A stretch of DNA of 64,000 bases from Capsulimonadaceae bacterium (GCA_965215505.1 OZ244065.1:5984001-6048000), one strand, 5' to 3'; shown: positions 10,171 through 19,603, counted from the stretch's first letter. Program-made: numbers and translations. Notes: generated by a model from the sequence alone, not told the origin.

Positions 10171-10248
10171 GTCGCAACCTCCTTGCCTTAACGTCCGAAG
10201 GACGCTTCTCCTAGCGAGTGGTTTTCAACCACTCGGCTTCGCTCGGCT
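9629..10248. mobile_element. tnpA flanked by 58-bp inverted repeats (9629-9686 and 10191-10248)
   Basis: The arms are reverse complements with one mismatch. Each holds the hairpins CGAGTGGT-TGAAA-ACCACTCG and CGTCC-TGC-GGACG. Confidence 0.85.
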
Positions 10249-10265
10249 CCTCTTCGCCTTTCCTC

Positions 10266-11849
10266 CTACTCCAGCCCCTCTTCCGCCCACTCCACCGCCC
10301 GCGTCAGGGCGCGCATCTTGGCGAGCGTCTCCCTATACTCGTACTCCGGCACCGAGTCGGCGACGACGCCGCCCGCCGCCTGGACGTAGATCGTGCCCTC
10401 TTTGACCAGGGCGGTGCGAATCGTGATTGCCGTGTCCATGTCGCCGCTGAAGGAGAAGTACCCGATGCCGCCGCCGTAGTGGCCGCGCCGGGTCGGCTCC
10501 AGTTCCTCGATGATCTCCATCGTCCGCACCTTCGGGGCACCCGTCAGGGTCCCCGCCGGGAAGGAGGCGCGCAGCACGTCGAATTGGTCCAGGCCGTCCC
10601 GCAGAGTTCCCGTCACCTCGGAGACGATGTGCATGACGTGCGAGTATTTCTCGATCACCATCAGCTCATCAACGCTGACCGTGCCGTACTTGGCGACCCG
10701 GCCGATGTCGTTGCGGGCGAGGTCCACCAGCATGATGTGTTCCGCCCGCTCCTTCTCGTCGGCCAAGAGGTCGGCAGCGATGGCGTCATCCTCGGCGGGT
10801 GTCGCGCCGCGCCCGTGCCGCGACCCGGCGATGGGCCGGACGGTGATCTTGCCCCCGCGCTCGCCGACCAGGATTTCGGGCGACGCGCCGACCAGCTTGG
10901 TGTCCCCGAAGTCCAGATAGAACATGTACGGCGACGGGTTGATGGAGCGCAGGGCACGGTAGACGTCGAACGGGTCGGCGTGGAGCGTCTTGGACAACCG
11001 CTGCCCGATCTGCGCCTGGAACGTGTCCCCCGCCGTGATATATTCCTTGGCCCGCAGCACGGCGGCCTTGTAGTCCGCCTCGGTGCGGTTCGGGACAAAG
11101 GCCCCCCCCGCCCCCAATTCTGGGGGTGCCGGAGAAGATGCAGCCGTAGGAGCGCCGCTTGCCGCGCCCTCTTCTTTAGTATCCTCTCCTAATCCGGCAC
11201 CCCCAGAATTGGGGGCGGGGGGGGCCGCCCGTAGCCGCCCCAACAGCTCTCCCACCTTCAGGGCCGCCGCGTCATAGGCCGCGCCAGGATCCTCACCCGG
11301 CGCGATGCGGGCATTGCACAGCGCCAAAATCTTGTGCTTGACGTTGTCGAAGATCAGCAGCGCGTCGGTGAACAGGAAGATGCAGTCGTCAAGCCCCAGG
11401 TCGTCCGTCGCCAAAACCGGCAGCTTCTCGAAGAAGCGCACCGTGTCGTAGCCGATCATGCCGACCGCGCCGCCGACGAACGGCGGCAGCTCCGGGCTGG
11501 AGACGTAGGTATACCGGCCCAGCAATTCCTTCAGAACGTGCAGGGGGTCGCGCTCGCCCGCCTTTAACGTCAGCGTCTCGGTTTGATCGCCCTCGGTGAT
11601 CGTCGCCGTGTCCCCCTTGGAGCGGAAGACCATGAACGGGTCAGTGCCCAAAAACGAGTAGCGTGCCAGCCGCTCGCCGCCCTCCACGCTTTCCAGCAGG
11701 AACGAGTTCGGCCGGCCGCCGGCGACCTTGCGGAAGGCCGAGACCGGCGTCTCCATGTCCGCCAGCGCCTCGCGCCAGACGGGGATGAGGTTGCCCTGCT
11801 TGGCTTTCTCAATAAACTGGTCACGGGTCGGCGATGTCATCGTTGGCAT
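10266..11849 (-). CDS. trpE: Anthranilate synthase component I
   Basis: DMETPVSAF, SFLLESVEGG, ARYSF, NPSPYM, ASPE, RPIAG, KERAEHIMLVDLARND, GTLTGAPK; Trp leader upstream. Confidence 0.95.
   Translation of the reverse strand: MPTMTSPTRDQFIEKAKQGNLIPVWREALADMETPVSAFRKVAGGRPNSFLLESVEGGERLARYSFLGTDPFMVFRSKGDTATITEGDQTETLTLKAGERDPLHVLKELLGRYTYVSSPELPPFVGGAVGMIGYDTVRFFEKLPVLATDDLGLDDCIFLFTDALLIFDNVKHKILALCNARIAPGEDPGAAYDAAALKVGELLGRLRAAPPAPNSGGAGLGEDTKEEGAASGAPTAASSPAPPELGAGGAFVPNRTEADYKAAVLRAKEYITAGDTFQAQIGQRLSKTLHADPFDVYRALRSINPSPYMFYLDFGDTKLVGASPEILVGERGGKITVRPIAGSRHGRGATPAEDDAIAADLLADEKERAEHIMLVDLARNDIGRVAKYGTVSVDELMVIEKYSHVMHIVSEVTGTLRDGLDQFDVLRASFPAGTLTGAPKVRTMEIIEELEPTRRGHYGGGIGYFSFSGDMDTAITIRTALVKEGTIYVQAAGGVVADSVPEYEYRETLAKMRALTRAVEWAEEGLE
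11100..11226. repeat. Perfect 34-bp inverted-repeat element inside trpE with a nested GTAG-type REP
   Basis: 11100-11133 is the reverse complement of 11193-11226; GTAGGAGCGCCGCTTGCCGCGCCC at 11146-11169. Confidence 0.9.
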
Positions 11850-11884
11850 GGAGTATACCTCAGTCGGTGTGGGCGGACGCGGGC

Positions 11885-11939
11885 AAGCAAAAGAGGGCCG
11901 GGACGTCCTGATGATTCAGGAAACGCCCCGGCCCTCTTG
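11885..11939 (-). terminator. Attenuator-type intrinsic terminator upstream of trpE
   Basis: Minus strand reads AAGAGGGCCGGGGCG...CGTCCCGGCCCTCTT followed by TTGCTT. Confidence 0.75.
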
Positions 11940-11976
11940 AGATAGTGGTTTGCAGCAGCAAGCCGACAAAAGGCGA

Positions 11977-12042
11977 TCAGCGTTCCCCGTCGAAATGGGA
12001 GCGCCACCACCAGGAAGTCAGGCTGTCACTGCCGAGTTGCAT
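11977..12042 (-). CDS. trpL: trp leader peptide MQLGSDSLTSWWWRSHFDGER
   Basis: Manual translation; three consecutive TGG codons at 12004-12012, between the promoter and the terminator upstream of trpE. Confidence 0.88.
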   Translation of the reverse strand: MQLGSDSLTSWWWRSHFDGER

Positions 12043-12051
12043 GATGTCCAC

Positions 12052-12080
12052 AGTATACAGGTTGCGAAAATGTTTGTCAA
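12052..12080 (-). promoter_or_regulatory. Sigma70-type promoter of the trp leader
   Basis: TTGACA (12080-12075), 17-bp spacer, TATACT (12057-12052). Confidence 0.85.
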
Positions 12081-12601
12081 CCCTGCCCGGTCATTTCGGG
12101 CGGGAGCGGGACGGCGTCGCCGCCGGGGATGGGGGAGACGCTGTCCACCCAGAGATAGTAGTACTGGCGCGAGACGAACACCCAGGCGTCGCCCCGCCGC
12201 TCCAGTACGTCCTCGTACAGCGCCACGTTGTTGTAGCCGTGCCCGTCCTTGCGCCGGGCGAATTCGGTGGACGGTGCTGTGGCCGTCGCCCGATCGCCGT
12301 CCAGGGTGATGACGGCCCGGAGCGTGGTGCGGAAGAAGAACTCGTTCATGTCGTTGAACTGCTGCTGCGCGGCCAGGATCTGGTCCATCCCCTGCGCGCG
12401 CAGGGGCGCGATGTTCTTCGACCCGTCCGGGTTGAATTGGCCGATCTCCCAGACGCCCTCCGGCGACCAGAGGGCGCGCATGGCCGCCTTGTCGCGCCGC
12501 AGGATTGCGTCGTCGAAGCGGGCCATCAGGCCCAGGATGGCGTTCTCGTCCAGTACCCGCCGCAGGGCGGTCGTCAGGTCTTCGCCTCTTATGCCTGCCA
12601 T
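12077..12601 (-). CDS. SnoaL/NTF2-like family protein
   Basis: DENAILGLMARFDDA, LWSPEGVW, ITLDGDRATA, YEDVLERRGDAWVFVSR. Confidence 0.8.
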   Translation of the reverse strand: MAGIRGEDLTTALRRVLDENAILGLMARFDDAILRRDKAAMRALWSPEGVWEIGQFNPDGSKNIAPLRAQGMDQILAAQQQFNDMNEFFFRTTLRAVITLDGDRATATAPSTEFARRKDGHGYNNVALYEDVLERRGDAWVFVSRQYYYLWVDSVSPIPGGDAVPLPPEMTGQG

Positions 12602-12610
12602 GCCGTTCTC

Positions 12611-13237
12611 CTAGCCCTTCCCCGCCTGCGCGATGTCACCCAGGAATCCGTACAAGCCCATGTGCTTGCCGAATACGTCCTGGTTAATGGCCTGAGTCCA
12701 TGGCTCGGACTCGCTGTTCTTGAGTTCCGCGACCACCGAGATCCAGTTGGTCGGGATCACGCCCGCTTGGGTCAGACGCAGGAAGGTGGCGAACTCGGCG
12801 GCGGGACTCCATGTGCCCGAGGCGTCAATGACGGCGTACACATCGTAGCCGGCCCTGACGGCGGACAGGGCCGGGAATAGTAGGCAGACGTCGGTCGTGA
12901 TGGCCGCCATGATCAGCTTCTTCCGGCCCGTCGCCTCTACCGCCTGGCGCGAAGCGTCATCGTTCCAAAGGTTGATTGGAGACCGGTCAATGGGCGTGAT
13001 GTCCGGAAAAAGCCCCCGCAGCTCGGGGATGGTCGGGCCGTTCGGCCCATGGGCCGAACTGGTGGTGAGGACAGTCGGCAGCTTAAGCGCTTGGGCCGTC
13101 TTCGCCAGGGCGAGGACGTTGTTCCTGAGCGTCTGCTGGTCCATGCTCTGCACCCCCAGGAACAGGCCCGCCTGGTGGTCGATCAGGAGCACGGCGCAGT
13201 TATCCGGGGTGAGCGATTCATACAGGCTGTCGTTCAT
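12611..13237 (-). CDS. Isochorismatase-family cysteine hydrolase (YcaC-like)
   Basis: LLIDHQAGL, GPNGP, TTDVCLLFPALSA, DASGT. Confidence 0.9.
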   Translation of the reverse strand: MNDSLYESLTPDNCAVLLIDHQAGLFLGVQSMDQQTLRNNVLALAKTAQALKLPTVLTTSSAHGPNGPTIPELRGLFPDITPIDRSPINLWNDDASRQAVEATGRKKLIMAAITTDVCLLFPALSAVRAGYDVYAVIDASGTWSPAAEFATFLRLTQAGVIPTNWISVVAELKNSESEPWTQAINQDVFGKHMGLYGFLGDIAQAGKG

Positions 13238-13656
13238 CGGTGTGTCTCCTCTTCCTCATCTTTTTCCTCATCTTTTTCCTCATCTTTGATCTTCTTCAGC
13301 AGGGCCGCACCGCTGTTCAGCGGCCCCAGGCTCTGGACGACCGAGGCGAGTTCGGCCACTTTGTGCAGCTCCCCCCAGGTCGCACCGGCCCGGCGGGCGG
13401 CGAGGGCGTGGAACTGGGCGGCGGGCGACTCCTGGGCCAGCAGCATACCGAAGATCACGAGGTTGGTGGTCTTGACGTCAAAGATGTCCGAGACGAAGGC
13501 GTGGGCGCGGGCCTGCTCGGACAGGCGCAGCGCTTCGGGGTCTACCGCCCCACTAAAGGCGAACTTGGCGGCGGGCAGCGGCGGAACCATCCCGAATAGG
13601 GCGGCGTAGCTGTCGTGGAACGCGGCCAAATCCGGGGGCAGATCGGCATCAGGCAT
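13234..13656 (-). CDS. Carboxymuconolactone decarboxylase/AhpD-like protein
   Basis: FDVKTTNLVIFGML, FHALAARRAGATWGEL; AGGAG RBS; C-terminal (DEEK)n from a 12-bp tandem repeat. Confidence 0.75.
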   Translation of the reverse strand: MPDADLPPDLAAFHDSYAALFGMVPPLPAAKFAFSGAVDPEALRLSEQARAHAFVSDIFDVKTTNLVIFGMLLAQESPAAQFHALAARRAGATWGELHKVAELASVVQSLGPLNSGAALLKKIKDEEKDEEKDEEEETHR

Positions 13657-13740
13657 GATATATCTGTCTCCTGTGAAGGAGTATGGCCGGGGGAAGGGCG
13701 GCAGCGTTATCAAAAAATTGCTGTCGCGCAGAAAGCGGCG

Positions 13741-14577
13741 TCAGGAGGCCGCCGCGCGGGCATAGGCACCGGGGGAGACGCCTACCAGGCGCTTGAAGTG
13801 CCAGCCGAAGTGGCTGGGGCCGTAAAACCCCGACTCAAAGGCGACATCGCAGGGTGCCAGGCCGCGCGCCAGCAGTGACTTGGCCCGGTCGATCCGTACC
13901 TGCGTCTGGTAGGAATGCGGAGGCAGGCCGAACTCGCGGTGGAAGGCGCGGCAGAAGTGGGACGGGCTGAGGCCGGCGAGGCGGGCCAGCGCGTCCAGAG
14001 TCAGGTCCTCGGCATAGTGAGCGTGCAAATAGTCGCGGGCTGCCGCTAGGGAGCGAGCATCCGGGAGGGACGGGGCGGCTGGCGGGCGGTTCGGGGCGTG
14101 GCGCCCAATCATCTGGGTCAGCACCAGGAGCAGCAGACTATCCTGCTCCAAACGCGGGGCGGGACCGGTCAGGCATCGCCAGAGCTGCCGGAACCGCCCG
14201 GCTAAGGCGGTGTCATTCAAGACGGGCGCGGCGAAGAACGGCTCCGCGACCAGCCGCGCTGTCCGGTCCGCCGCCATCAAGCGCATCGCCTCGGGCGGAA
14301 CATATAAGACATGAAAGACGCTCGGGGCAGGACTGACCAGCAGGTCGGGACTGGAATGCACCTCGCCGGGGTGCAGGACGCTGAGGAGTCCGGCCGGCGC
14401 GGCGTGACTGCCCCCCCGGTAGAAGTGGCGGCACGGGTCGGTCAGCGAGAGGCTGACCTGATACTCCTCGTGGACGTGCCTCGGCAGTGCCCGCGAGAAG
14501 TCCGGCGCAAGGGTATAGCGCTCCAGCAGCAGTGTCTCAAAACGCCGCGCCTCGCACTGGACTGGGGGAGGTGCCAT
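13741..14577 (-). CDS. AraC-family transcriptional regulator
   Basis: N-terminal HVHEEY cupin; LSPSHFCRAFHREFGLPP and VAFESGFYGPSHF HTH motifs. Confidence 0.92.
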   Translation of the reverse strand: MAPPPVQCEARRFETLLLERYTLAPDFSRALPRHVHEEYQVSLSLTDPCRHFYRGGSHAAPAGLLSVLHPGEVHSSPDLLVSPAPSVFHVLYVPPEAMRLMAADRTARLVAEPFFAAPVLNDTALAGRFRQLWRCLTGPAPRLEQDSLLLLVLTQMIGRHAPNRPPAAPSLPDARSLAAARDYLHAHYAEDLTLDALARLAGLSPSHFCRAFHREFGLPPHSYQTQVRIDRAKSLLARGLAPCDVAFESGFYGPSHFGWHFKRLVGVSPGAYARAAAS

Positions 14578-14625
14578 GCTTCCTTCTTCCACGCATCGGC
14601 AGGGCGTAAACTTTGCAAGCCCACG

Positions 14626-15333
14626 CTAAGAAATTCGGTAAATGCCACCCCGAAGCTGCGGGAACCAGTCCGGGCGGTAGGAGGCGGGGCGGGCGGTGAA
14701 CACCTCGCCGGAGGGCAGCGCGACGGCGCTCAGGAAGCCGCCCATGCCGCAGCCGGTGTCCACGCCGATGTACTGCTTCGTCCGCGCGAACATGACTTTG
14801 GGGAACGGGGTGTGGCCGCGCACGACGGTCTGCTTCCACCACGGCTGACCCTCGCCTTTGACTTTGCCCCAGCGCAAGGCACCCGTGGACTGCATCGGGA
14901 GCGGCAAGGCAAGGTCCCACCCGGCGTGTGTGAAGATGTATTTGTCGGTGATGTAGAAGGGCAGGGTCCAGGGATGAAGCTGGGCGTACAGGTGCAGGTG
15001 GGGCAGGGGCAGGGAGTTCGGGTCGCCCGGCGCGAGTGCGTACCCGGCACGGTCGTAGGAGTCGAGCGTGGCCTGACCATTCAGGCTGGCCAGCGTCGCG
15101 ATGTCGCCTTCCTCCAGGAAGAGCAGCATGGCCTCCTCGTGGTTGCCCTGGATGAAGACCCTAGGGCAGCGGTCGAAGGCGACGATCTGCTCGATGCAGT
15201 CGAATGGGTCCAGCCCACGGTTGATGACGTCGCCGAGGAAGACCACGAGGTCGGAGGGCTGAACGGGCAGCTTTGCCAGAAGTTCGCGCAGCGCCCCCGC
15301 CTCCCCGTGAACGTCGCCGACGGCGTAGATCAC
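14626..15333 (-). CDS. Calcineurin-like metallophosphoesterase (Ser/Thr phosphatase family)
   Basis: GDVHG, LGDVINRG, GNHE, THAG, GHTP, DTGC; GTG start overlaps the upstream TGA. Confidence 0.9.
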   Translation of the reverse strand: MIYAVGDVHGEAGALRELLAKLPVQPSDLVVFLGDVINRGLDPFDCIEQIVAFDRCPRVFIQGNHEEAMLLFLEEGDIATLASLNGQATLDSYDRAGYALAPGDPNSLPLPHLHLYAQLHPWTLPFYITDKYIFTHAGWDLALPLPMQSTGALRWGKVKGEGQPWWKQTVVRGHTPFPKVMFARTKQYIGVDTGCGMGGFLSAVALPSGEVFTARPASYRPDWFPQLRGGIYRIS

Positions 15334-16109
15334 GCCGCGTCCCCGATGTAGGGGCGGACGACCTCGCGCATCTGGTCGAGCGACTGCCACTCGTCGCCGG
15401 GGCTGTCGTAGATCAGGATGTGCGGCCCCGCAAAGCCCGCGTCTTTGCAGATGTCCAGGCAGCGCACGAAGTCCTCACGGTTCATCTGGCCCGGCGTCGG
15501 GAAACTCGCCTTGGCGTGCGTACATTCGGCCATGGGCGCGATCTTCGGCAGGTCGGTATACTTGCGCTCACCCGGCCAGTTTCCGAAGTCCAGTTTCAGG
15601 CCGACTCGCCCCCCCATGTCTTCCAGCAGGGTGACGACCTCGGCGGGCTTGTCCAGCAGCGCGTGCCAGTTTTCCACCACGACCCGGATGCCGTGCGCGT
15701 CGGCGTGGGCCAAAACTTCTTCCAAACCCGCTTCGCTGACGGCCAGCGCCTCCGCGCTCGGCGCGGCGTCCCCGGCGATGACCCGGACGCGCCTGCCGCC
15801 GCAGGCGGCGGCGACCTCGATCCAGTGCTGCATCATGGCGACCACCTTGGCCCGCTCGGCGGGGTCCGGGTGAGTCAGGTCGCCGGTGTCAATCAGCAGC
15901 GTGTAGAACTCGACGTGGGCCGCTTCCAGGGCCGCTTTGAACTCGGCGAGGTAGCCGGGGACGGTGCTGGGGAAGTGGAAGTGGCAGACCTCCAGCTTGG
16001 ACAGCCCGTGCGCGGCGGCCTGGGCGGGGATGTTCAGAAGAGGCGTGCCTGCCGTGATGGACTTGTTCAGGCTCCAGGTGGAGACGCCGAGGCGGGGGTG
16101 GAGTGACAC
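15330..16109 (-). CDS. Sugar-phosphate isomerase/epimerase (AP endonuclease 2 TIM barrel)
   Basis: VENWH, LDFGN and HAK metal motifs. Confidence 0.8.
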   Translation of the reverse strand: MSLHPRLGVSTWSLNKSITAGTPLLNIPAQAAAHGLSKLEVCHFHFPSTVPGYLAEFKAALEAAHVEFYTLLIDTGDLTHPDPAERAKVVAMMQHWIEVAAACGGRRVRVIAGDAAPSAEALAVSEAGLEEVLAHADAHGIRVVVENWHALLDKPAEVVTLLEDMGGRVGLKLDFGNWPGERKYTDLPKIAPMAECTHAKASFPTPGQMNREDFVRCLDICKDAGFAGPHILIYDSPGDEWQSLDQMREVVRPYIGDAA

Positions 16110-16151
16110 GGAGATATTGACCTTTCTGAAAGCGGCGGAGGCGGGCGCTCC

Positions 16152-16880
16152 TCACGCACGGGTGATCTGCCGGGCATATGTTTTCTGTTCTCTGACCGGC
16201 GGGCCGTGGTAGGGTTTGAACGTGACGGAGACGGTCAGGCGGTGTTGCAGGGGGTGGCCCGCGAAGTACCCCGCCCGCTGCCAGTCGGGCGGGTCGCCCG
16301 GCACGTCGGCCTCGGACAGCAGTTCATCCTCAAGGAGCACTTCCCGGCCGACCGCCGCCGGGGCACTGCTGGGGCCGATCTCTTCAACCGCCCCCGCCGG
16401 CCCATGCCGGAACGTGAGCGTCTGGTCTATCGCGATCGTGCCCGAATCGGTCGCGGCTTCGATGTGATACGTCACCGCCCGCTTCCTGATCGGCAGGCCC
16501 TGCGCCTCCAGGATCGTCTTGACCCGCGCGTCTTCGTCTTTGTCCAGACGGTAGGCCAGGGGGATCGTCTGCGGCCAGGCGTCGCGCCGCTGGTAGATGA
16601 AGTCGTACCCCTTGCGGTCCAGGAAGAAGGTGAGGTGCATCTCCAGAGGCGGAGACTGGGGTGGGACGGTGATCTGGTAGCGGTGCCAGAGATGTTCCGG
16701 CGTTGCGTCCATGTCCGGCACTTCCTGCACATGGACCAGGGCGTCGGCAGGGGCCTGCGCCTCTGCCGGGGTTCCGACCGTCAGGCGCGGGAGGGTGCGG
16801 TGTCGCCCGGCCTGGGAGAACAGCAGCAGACCCGCCCCGGCAGCGCAGGCAGAAACTACCGCGATATCACGCGTGTTCAT
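16152..16880 (-). CDS. Hypothetical membrane-anchored protein
   Basis: N-terminal hydrophobic segment; GGAGG RBS. Confidence 0.55.
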   Translation of the reverse strand: MNTRDIAVVSACAAGAGLLLFSQAGRHRTLPRLTVGTPAEAQAPADALVHVQEVPDMDATPEHLWHRYQITVPPQSPPLEMHLTFFLDRKGYDFIYQRRDAWPQTIPLAYRLDKDEDARVKTILEAQGLPIRKRAVTYHIEAATDSGTIAIDQTLTFRHGPAGAVEEIGPSSAPAAVGREVLLEDELLSEADVPGDPPDWQRAGYFAGHPLQHRLTVSVTFKPYHGPPVREQKTYARQITRA

Positions 16881-16943
16881 CCAGGGCCTCCAGTCTGAGT
16901 GAAAGAAGGGATTGGGGCGGGGATGGCCCCGCCCCGGCGGCGG

Positions 16944-17906
16944 CTACTTGCCCTTGCTCTCCGCGTGTGCGCGCACCGACTCAAGCTGGCCCGCCGACCC
17001 TAGGTACTCCGAGCGGCTGACGATGAATTTGGCGTACTCGGCGATGAAGACCTTTCCGGGCGAGCGCAGGTCGAAGTCCTCGGGCTTGTCCTGGAAGAAC
17101 TCGCGGTGGACCCGCGTCCAGACCAGCCGGCCGTCCGTGTCGATGTTGACCTTGCAGACGCCGAGCTTTGCGGCGGGCAAATACTGGTCGGCGTCCACGC
17201 CCTTCGCGCCTTCCTTCAGCTTGCCGCCCGCCGCGTTGATGCGGGCCACCTCGTCCTGCGGGACCGAGGACGACCCGTGCATGACGAGCGGGAAGCCGGG
17301 GAGCTGCTCCTGGATGGCCTTGATCCGGTCGAAGTGAAGGCCCTGGCCGCCTGAGAACTTGTAGGCCCCGTGGGAGGTCCCGATGGCGCAGGCAAGGCTG
17401 TCGCAGCCGGACTGGGCGACGAACTCTTTTGCCTCGAACGGGTCCGTCAGGAGCGCGTTCTTCTCATCCACGGCGATGTCTTCCTCCACGCCGCCCAGCA
17501 TGCCTAGTTCCGCCTCGACGCTGAGGCCTTTCGCGTGGGCCGCGTCCACGACACGCTTGGTGATGGCGACGTTCTCTTCAAACGGGTCGTGGGAGGCGTC
17601 GATCATCACGCTCGAATAGAAGCCGCTCTCGATGCACTCCATGCAGGTCTTCTCGTCGCCGTGATCCAGATGCACCGCGAAGACCGCTTCCGGGTAGATC
17701 TCGTCGCAGGCCCGGATGATCGCTTCCAGCATCCGCTTGTCGGTGTAGGAGCGCGCGCCCTTGGAAATCTGGATGATGAAGGGCGATTTGGCGTCTATGC
17801 TGCCCCGGAACAGGCCCAAGGCCTGCTCGGCGTTGTTGATATTATACGCCCCGACGGCGTACTTGCCGTAGGCGTGCTCGAACAGCGTCTTGGTGGTCAC
17901 GATCAT
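16944..17906 (-). CDS. fba: Class II fructose-bisphosphate aldolase
   Basis: YAVGAYN, HLDHG, SVMIDASH, VEAELG, AIGTSHGAYK, LVMHGSS. Confidence 0.95.
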   Translation of the reverse strand: MIVTTKTLFEHAYGKYAVGAYNINNAEQALGLFRGSIDAKSPFIIQISKGARSYTDKRMLEAIIRACDEIYPEAVFAVHLDHGDEKTCMECIESGFYSSVMIDASHDPFEENVAITKRVVDAAHAKGLSVEAELGMLGGVEEDIAVDEKNALLTDPFEAKEFVAQSGCDSLACAIGTSHGAYKFSGGQGLHFDRIKAIQEQLPGFPLVMHGSSSVPQDEVARINAAGGKLKEGAKGVDADQYLPAAKLGVCKVNIDTDGRLVWTRVHREFFQDKPEDFDLRSPGKVFIAEYAKFIVSRSEYLGSAGQLESVRAHAESKGK

Positions 17907-18064
17907 GGGCTTGTGGTTGCTCCTCATCAAAGGTCTTTGAATGTCGCCCCGATTATACCCCAGGCAAACAAGGAATCCGCCCCGCCGGCGTTGAATGCTC
18001 CCCTGCACGGCGGCGCCGCCCTGACTCCACACTGACTCTCTCGCCGAAGGAAGTTGCCGCCTCC

Positions 18065-19558
18065 ATGACACTCACCGCCCTGTCACCGCTGCGCCGCCTG
18101 CTGCTGTCTCTCTGCCTGCTGGGATTGATCTGTGCCGCCGTCGCCCACGCCCAGGCGCCGGTCCTCGCCGTCACCGCTGCCGCCGGCCCGCCGTTCACCA
18201 CCGAGGCCGCCGCCCGCGCGGCGGAGAGCGGCTCTTGGCTCCTGCGCGGGCGCTCCCTCCTGGGCCTGTTCGTCTTCGCCGCCGTCGCCTGGGGCGTCGG
18301 GCGGCTTCGCGGGGCGCGTACCACGCCGCCCCTGCGGCTGATCCTATGGGGCTTCGCCATCCAGTTCGTCTTCGCCGCGTTGGTGCTGAAGACGGCCCCC
18401 GGTGAAGCCGGCTTCGCCGCCGTCAGCGCGGGCGTCAAGCATCTCCTAGACTTCACCAAGGAAGGCGCGAGCTTCGTCTTCGGCGACCTCGCCCTGGGCA
18501 ACAACATCCCCGTCGGGATGCCCCTGGGCGACCCGGCGATGGGGCCGGTCCTGCACCCGGCGGCCTACGCGCACGTCGGCGGCTACTTCGCCTTCTACGT
18601 CCTGCCGACCATCGTCTTCTTCTGCGCCCTGACCACGCTGCTCTACTACTCCGGAATCATGCAGTGGGTCATCCAGGGGATGGCCTGGGTCATGCAGAAG
18701 TCCATGGGCACGTCCGGGGCCGAGACACTGGCGGCGGCCACCAACATCTTCGTCGGCCAGACGGAAGCGCCGCTGATGGTCAAGCCGTTCCTCGCGAACG
18801 CCACCAATTCGGAGCTGATGGCGATGATGACGGCGGGCTTCGCCAACATCGCTTCGGGCGTCCTCGCCGCCTACGCCGCCATGCTCTCCGGCTTCTTCCC
18901 CGACGCGGCCGGCCACCTGCTGGCCGCCTCGCTCCTGTCCGCCCCGTCGTCGCTGGTCGTCGCCAAGCTGATCCTGCCCGAAACCCGGACGCCCGAGACG
19001 GCCGGGAGCGTCAAGATTAAGGTCACGCGCACCGACGTCAACGCCGTGGACGCGCTCACGCGCGGCGCTTTGGAAGGCTTGCAGCTCGCGCTCAATGTCG
19101 GGGCCGTCTTGATCGTCTTCGTCGCCATGATCGCCCTGCTGAACGCCGTCCTCGGGTGGGCCGGCCACTTCTTCGGCTATCCTGCCCTGTCGTTCCAGCA
19201 AATACTCGGCTGGATCGCAACCCCCTTCGCCTGGATGACCGGGATGCCCTGGCACGACGCCCAGCAGGTCGGCCCCTTGCTGGGCATAAAAACGGCCGTG
19301 AACGAGTTCGTCGCCTACCTCCAGATGTCCCAGACGCTGGGGACGAACCCGCACTTCATCACCCCGCGCTCCGCCGTCATCGCCATCTACGCCCTCTGCG
19401 GCTTCGCCAACTTCTCCAGCGTCGCCATCCAAGTCGGCGGCATCAGCGGCATGGCCCCGACCCGCCGCTCCGACCTCTCCCGGCTGGGGATGGTCGCCAT
19501 GTTCGGCGGTGCCCTGTCCTCCCTCATGGCCGCCTGCGTCGTCGGCGTTTTGCTGTGA
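18065..19558 (+). CDS. nupC: Concentrative nucleoside transporter (NupC/CNT family)
   Basis: FAFYVLPTIVFF, NIFVGQTEAP, NEFVAY, YALCGFANFSS. Confidence 0.93.
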   Translation: MTLTALSPLRRLLLSLCLLGLICAAVAHAQAPVLAVTAAAGPPFTTEAAARAAESGSWLLRGRSLLGLFVFAAVAWGVGRLRGARTTPPLRLILWGFAIQFVFAALVLKTAPGEAGFAAVSAGVKHLLDFTKEGASFVFGDLALGNNIPVGMPLGDPAMGPVLHPAAYAHVGGYFAFYVLPTIVFFCALTTLLYYSGIMQWVIQGMAWVMQKSMGTSGAETLAAATNIFVGQTEAPLMVKPFLANATNSELMAMMTAGFANIASGVLAAYAAMLSGFFPDAAGHLLAASLLSAPSSLVVAKLILPETRTPETAGSVKIKVTRTDVNAVDALTRGALEGLQLALNVGAVLIVFVAMIALLNAVLGWAGHFFGYPALSFQQILGWIATPFAWMTGMPWHDAQQVGPLLGIKTAVNEFVAYLQMSQTLGTNPHFITPRSAVIAIYALCGFANFSSVAIQVGGISGMAPTRRSDLSRLGMVAMFGGALSSLMAACVVGVLL

Positions 19559-19603
19559 TTCGTGCCATAATAGGGGTGCCGCGACAAACCGGAGCAGAAC
19601 GCC

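Noticed and set aside
9629-10248. GTTGAAA-containing repeats as CRISPR repeats
   Set aside because: They are inverted, only two per locus, with no spacer array or cas genes.
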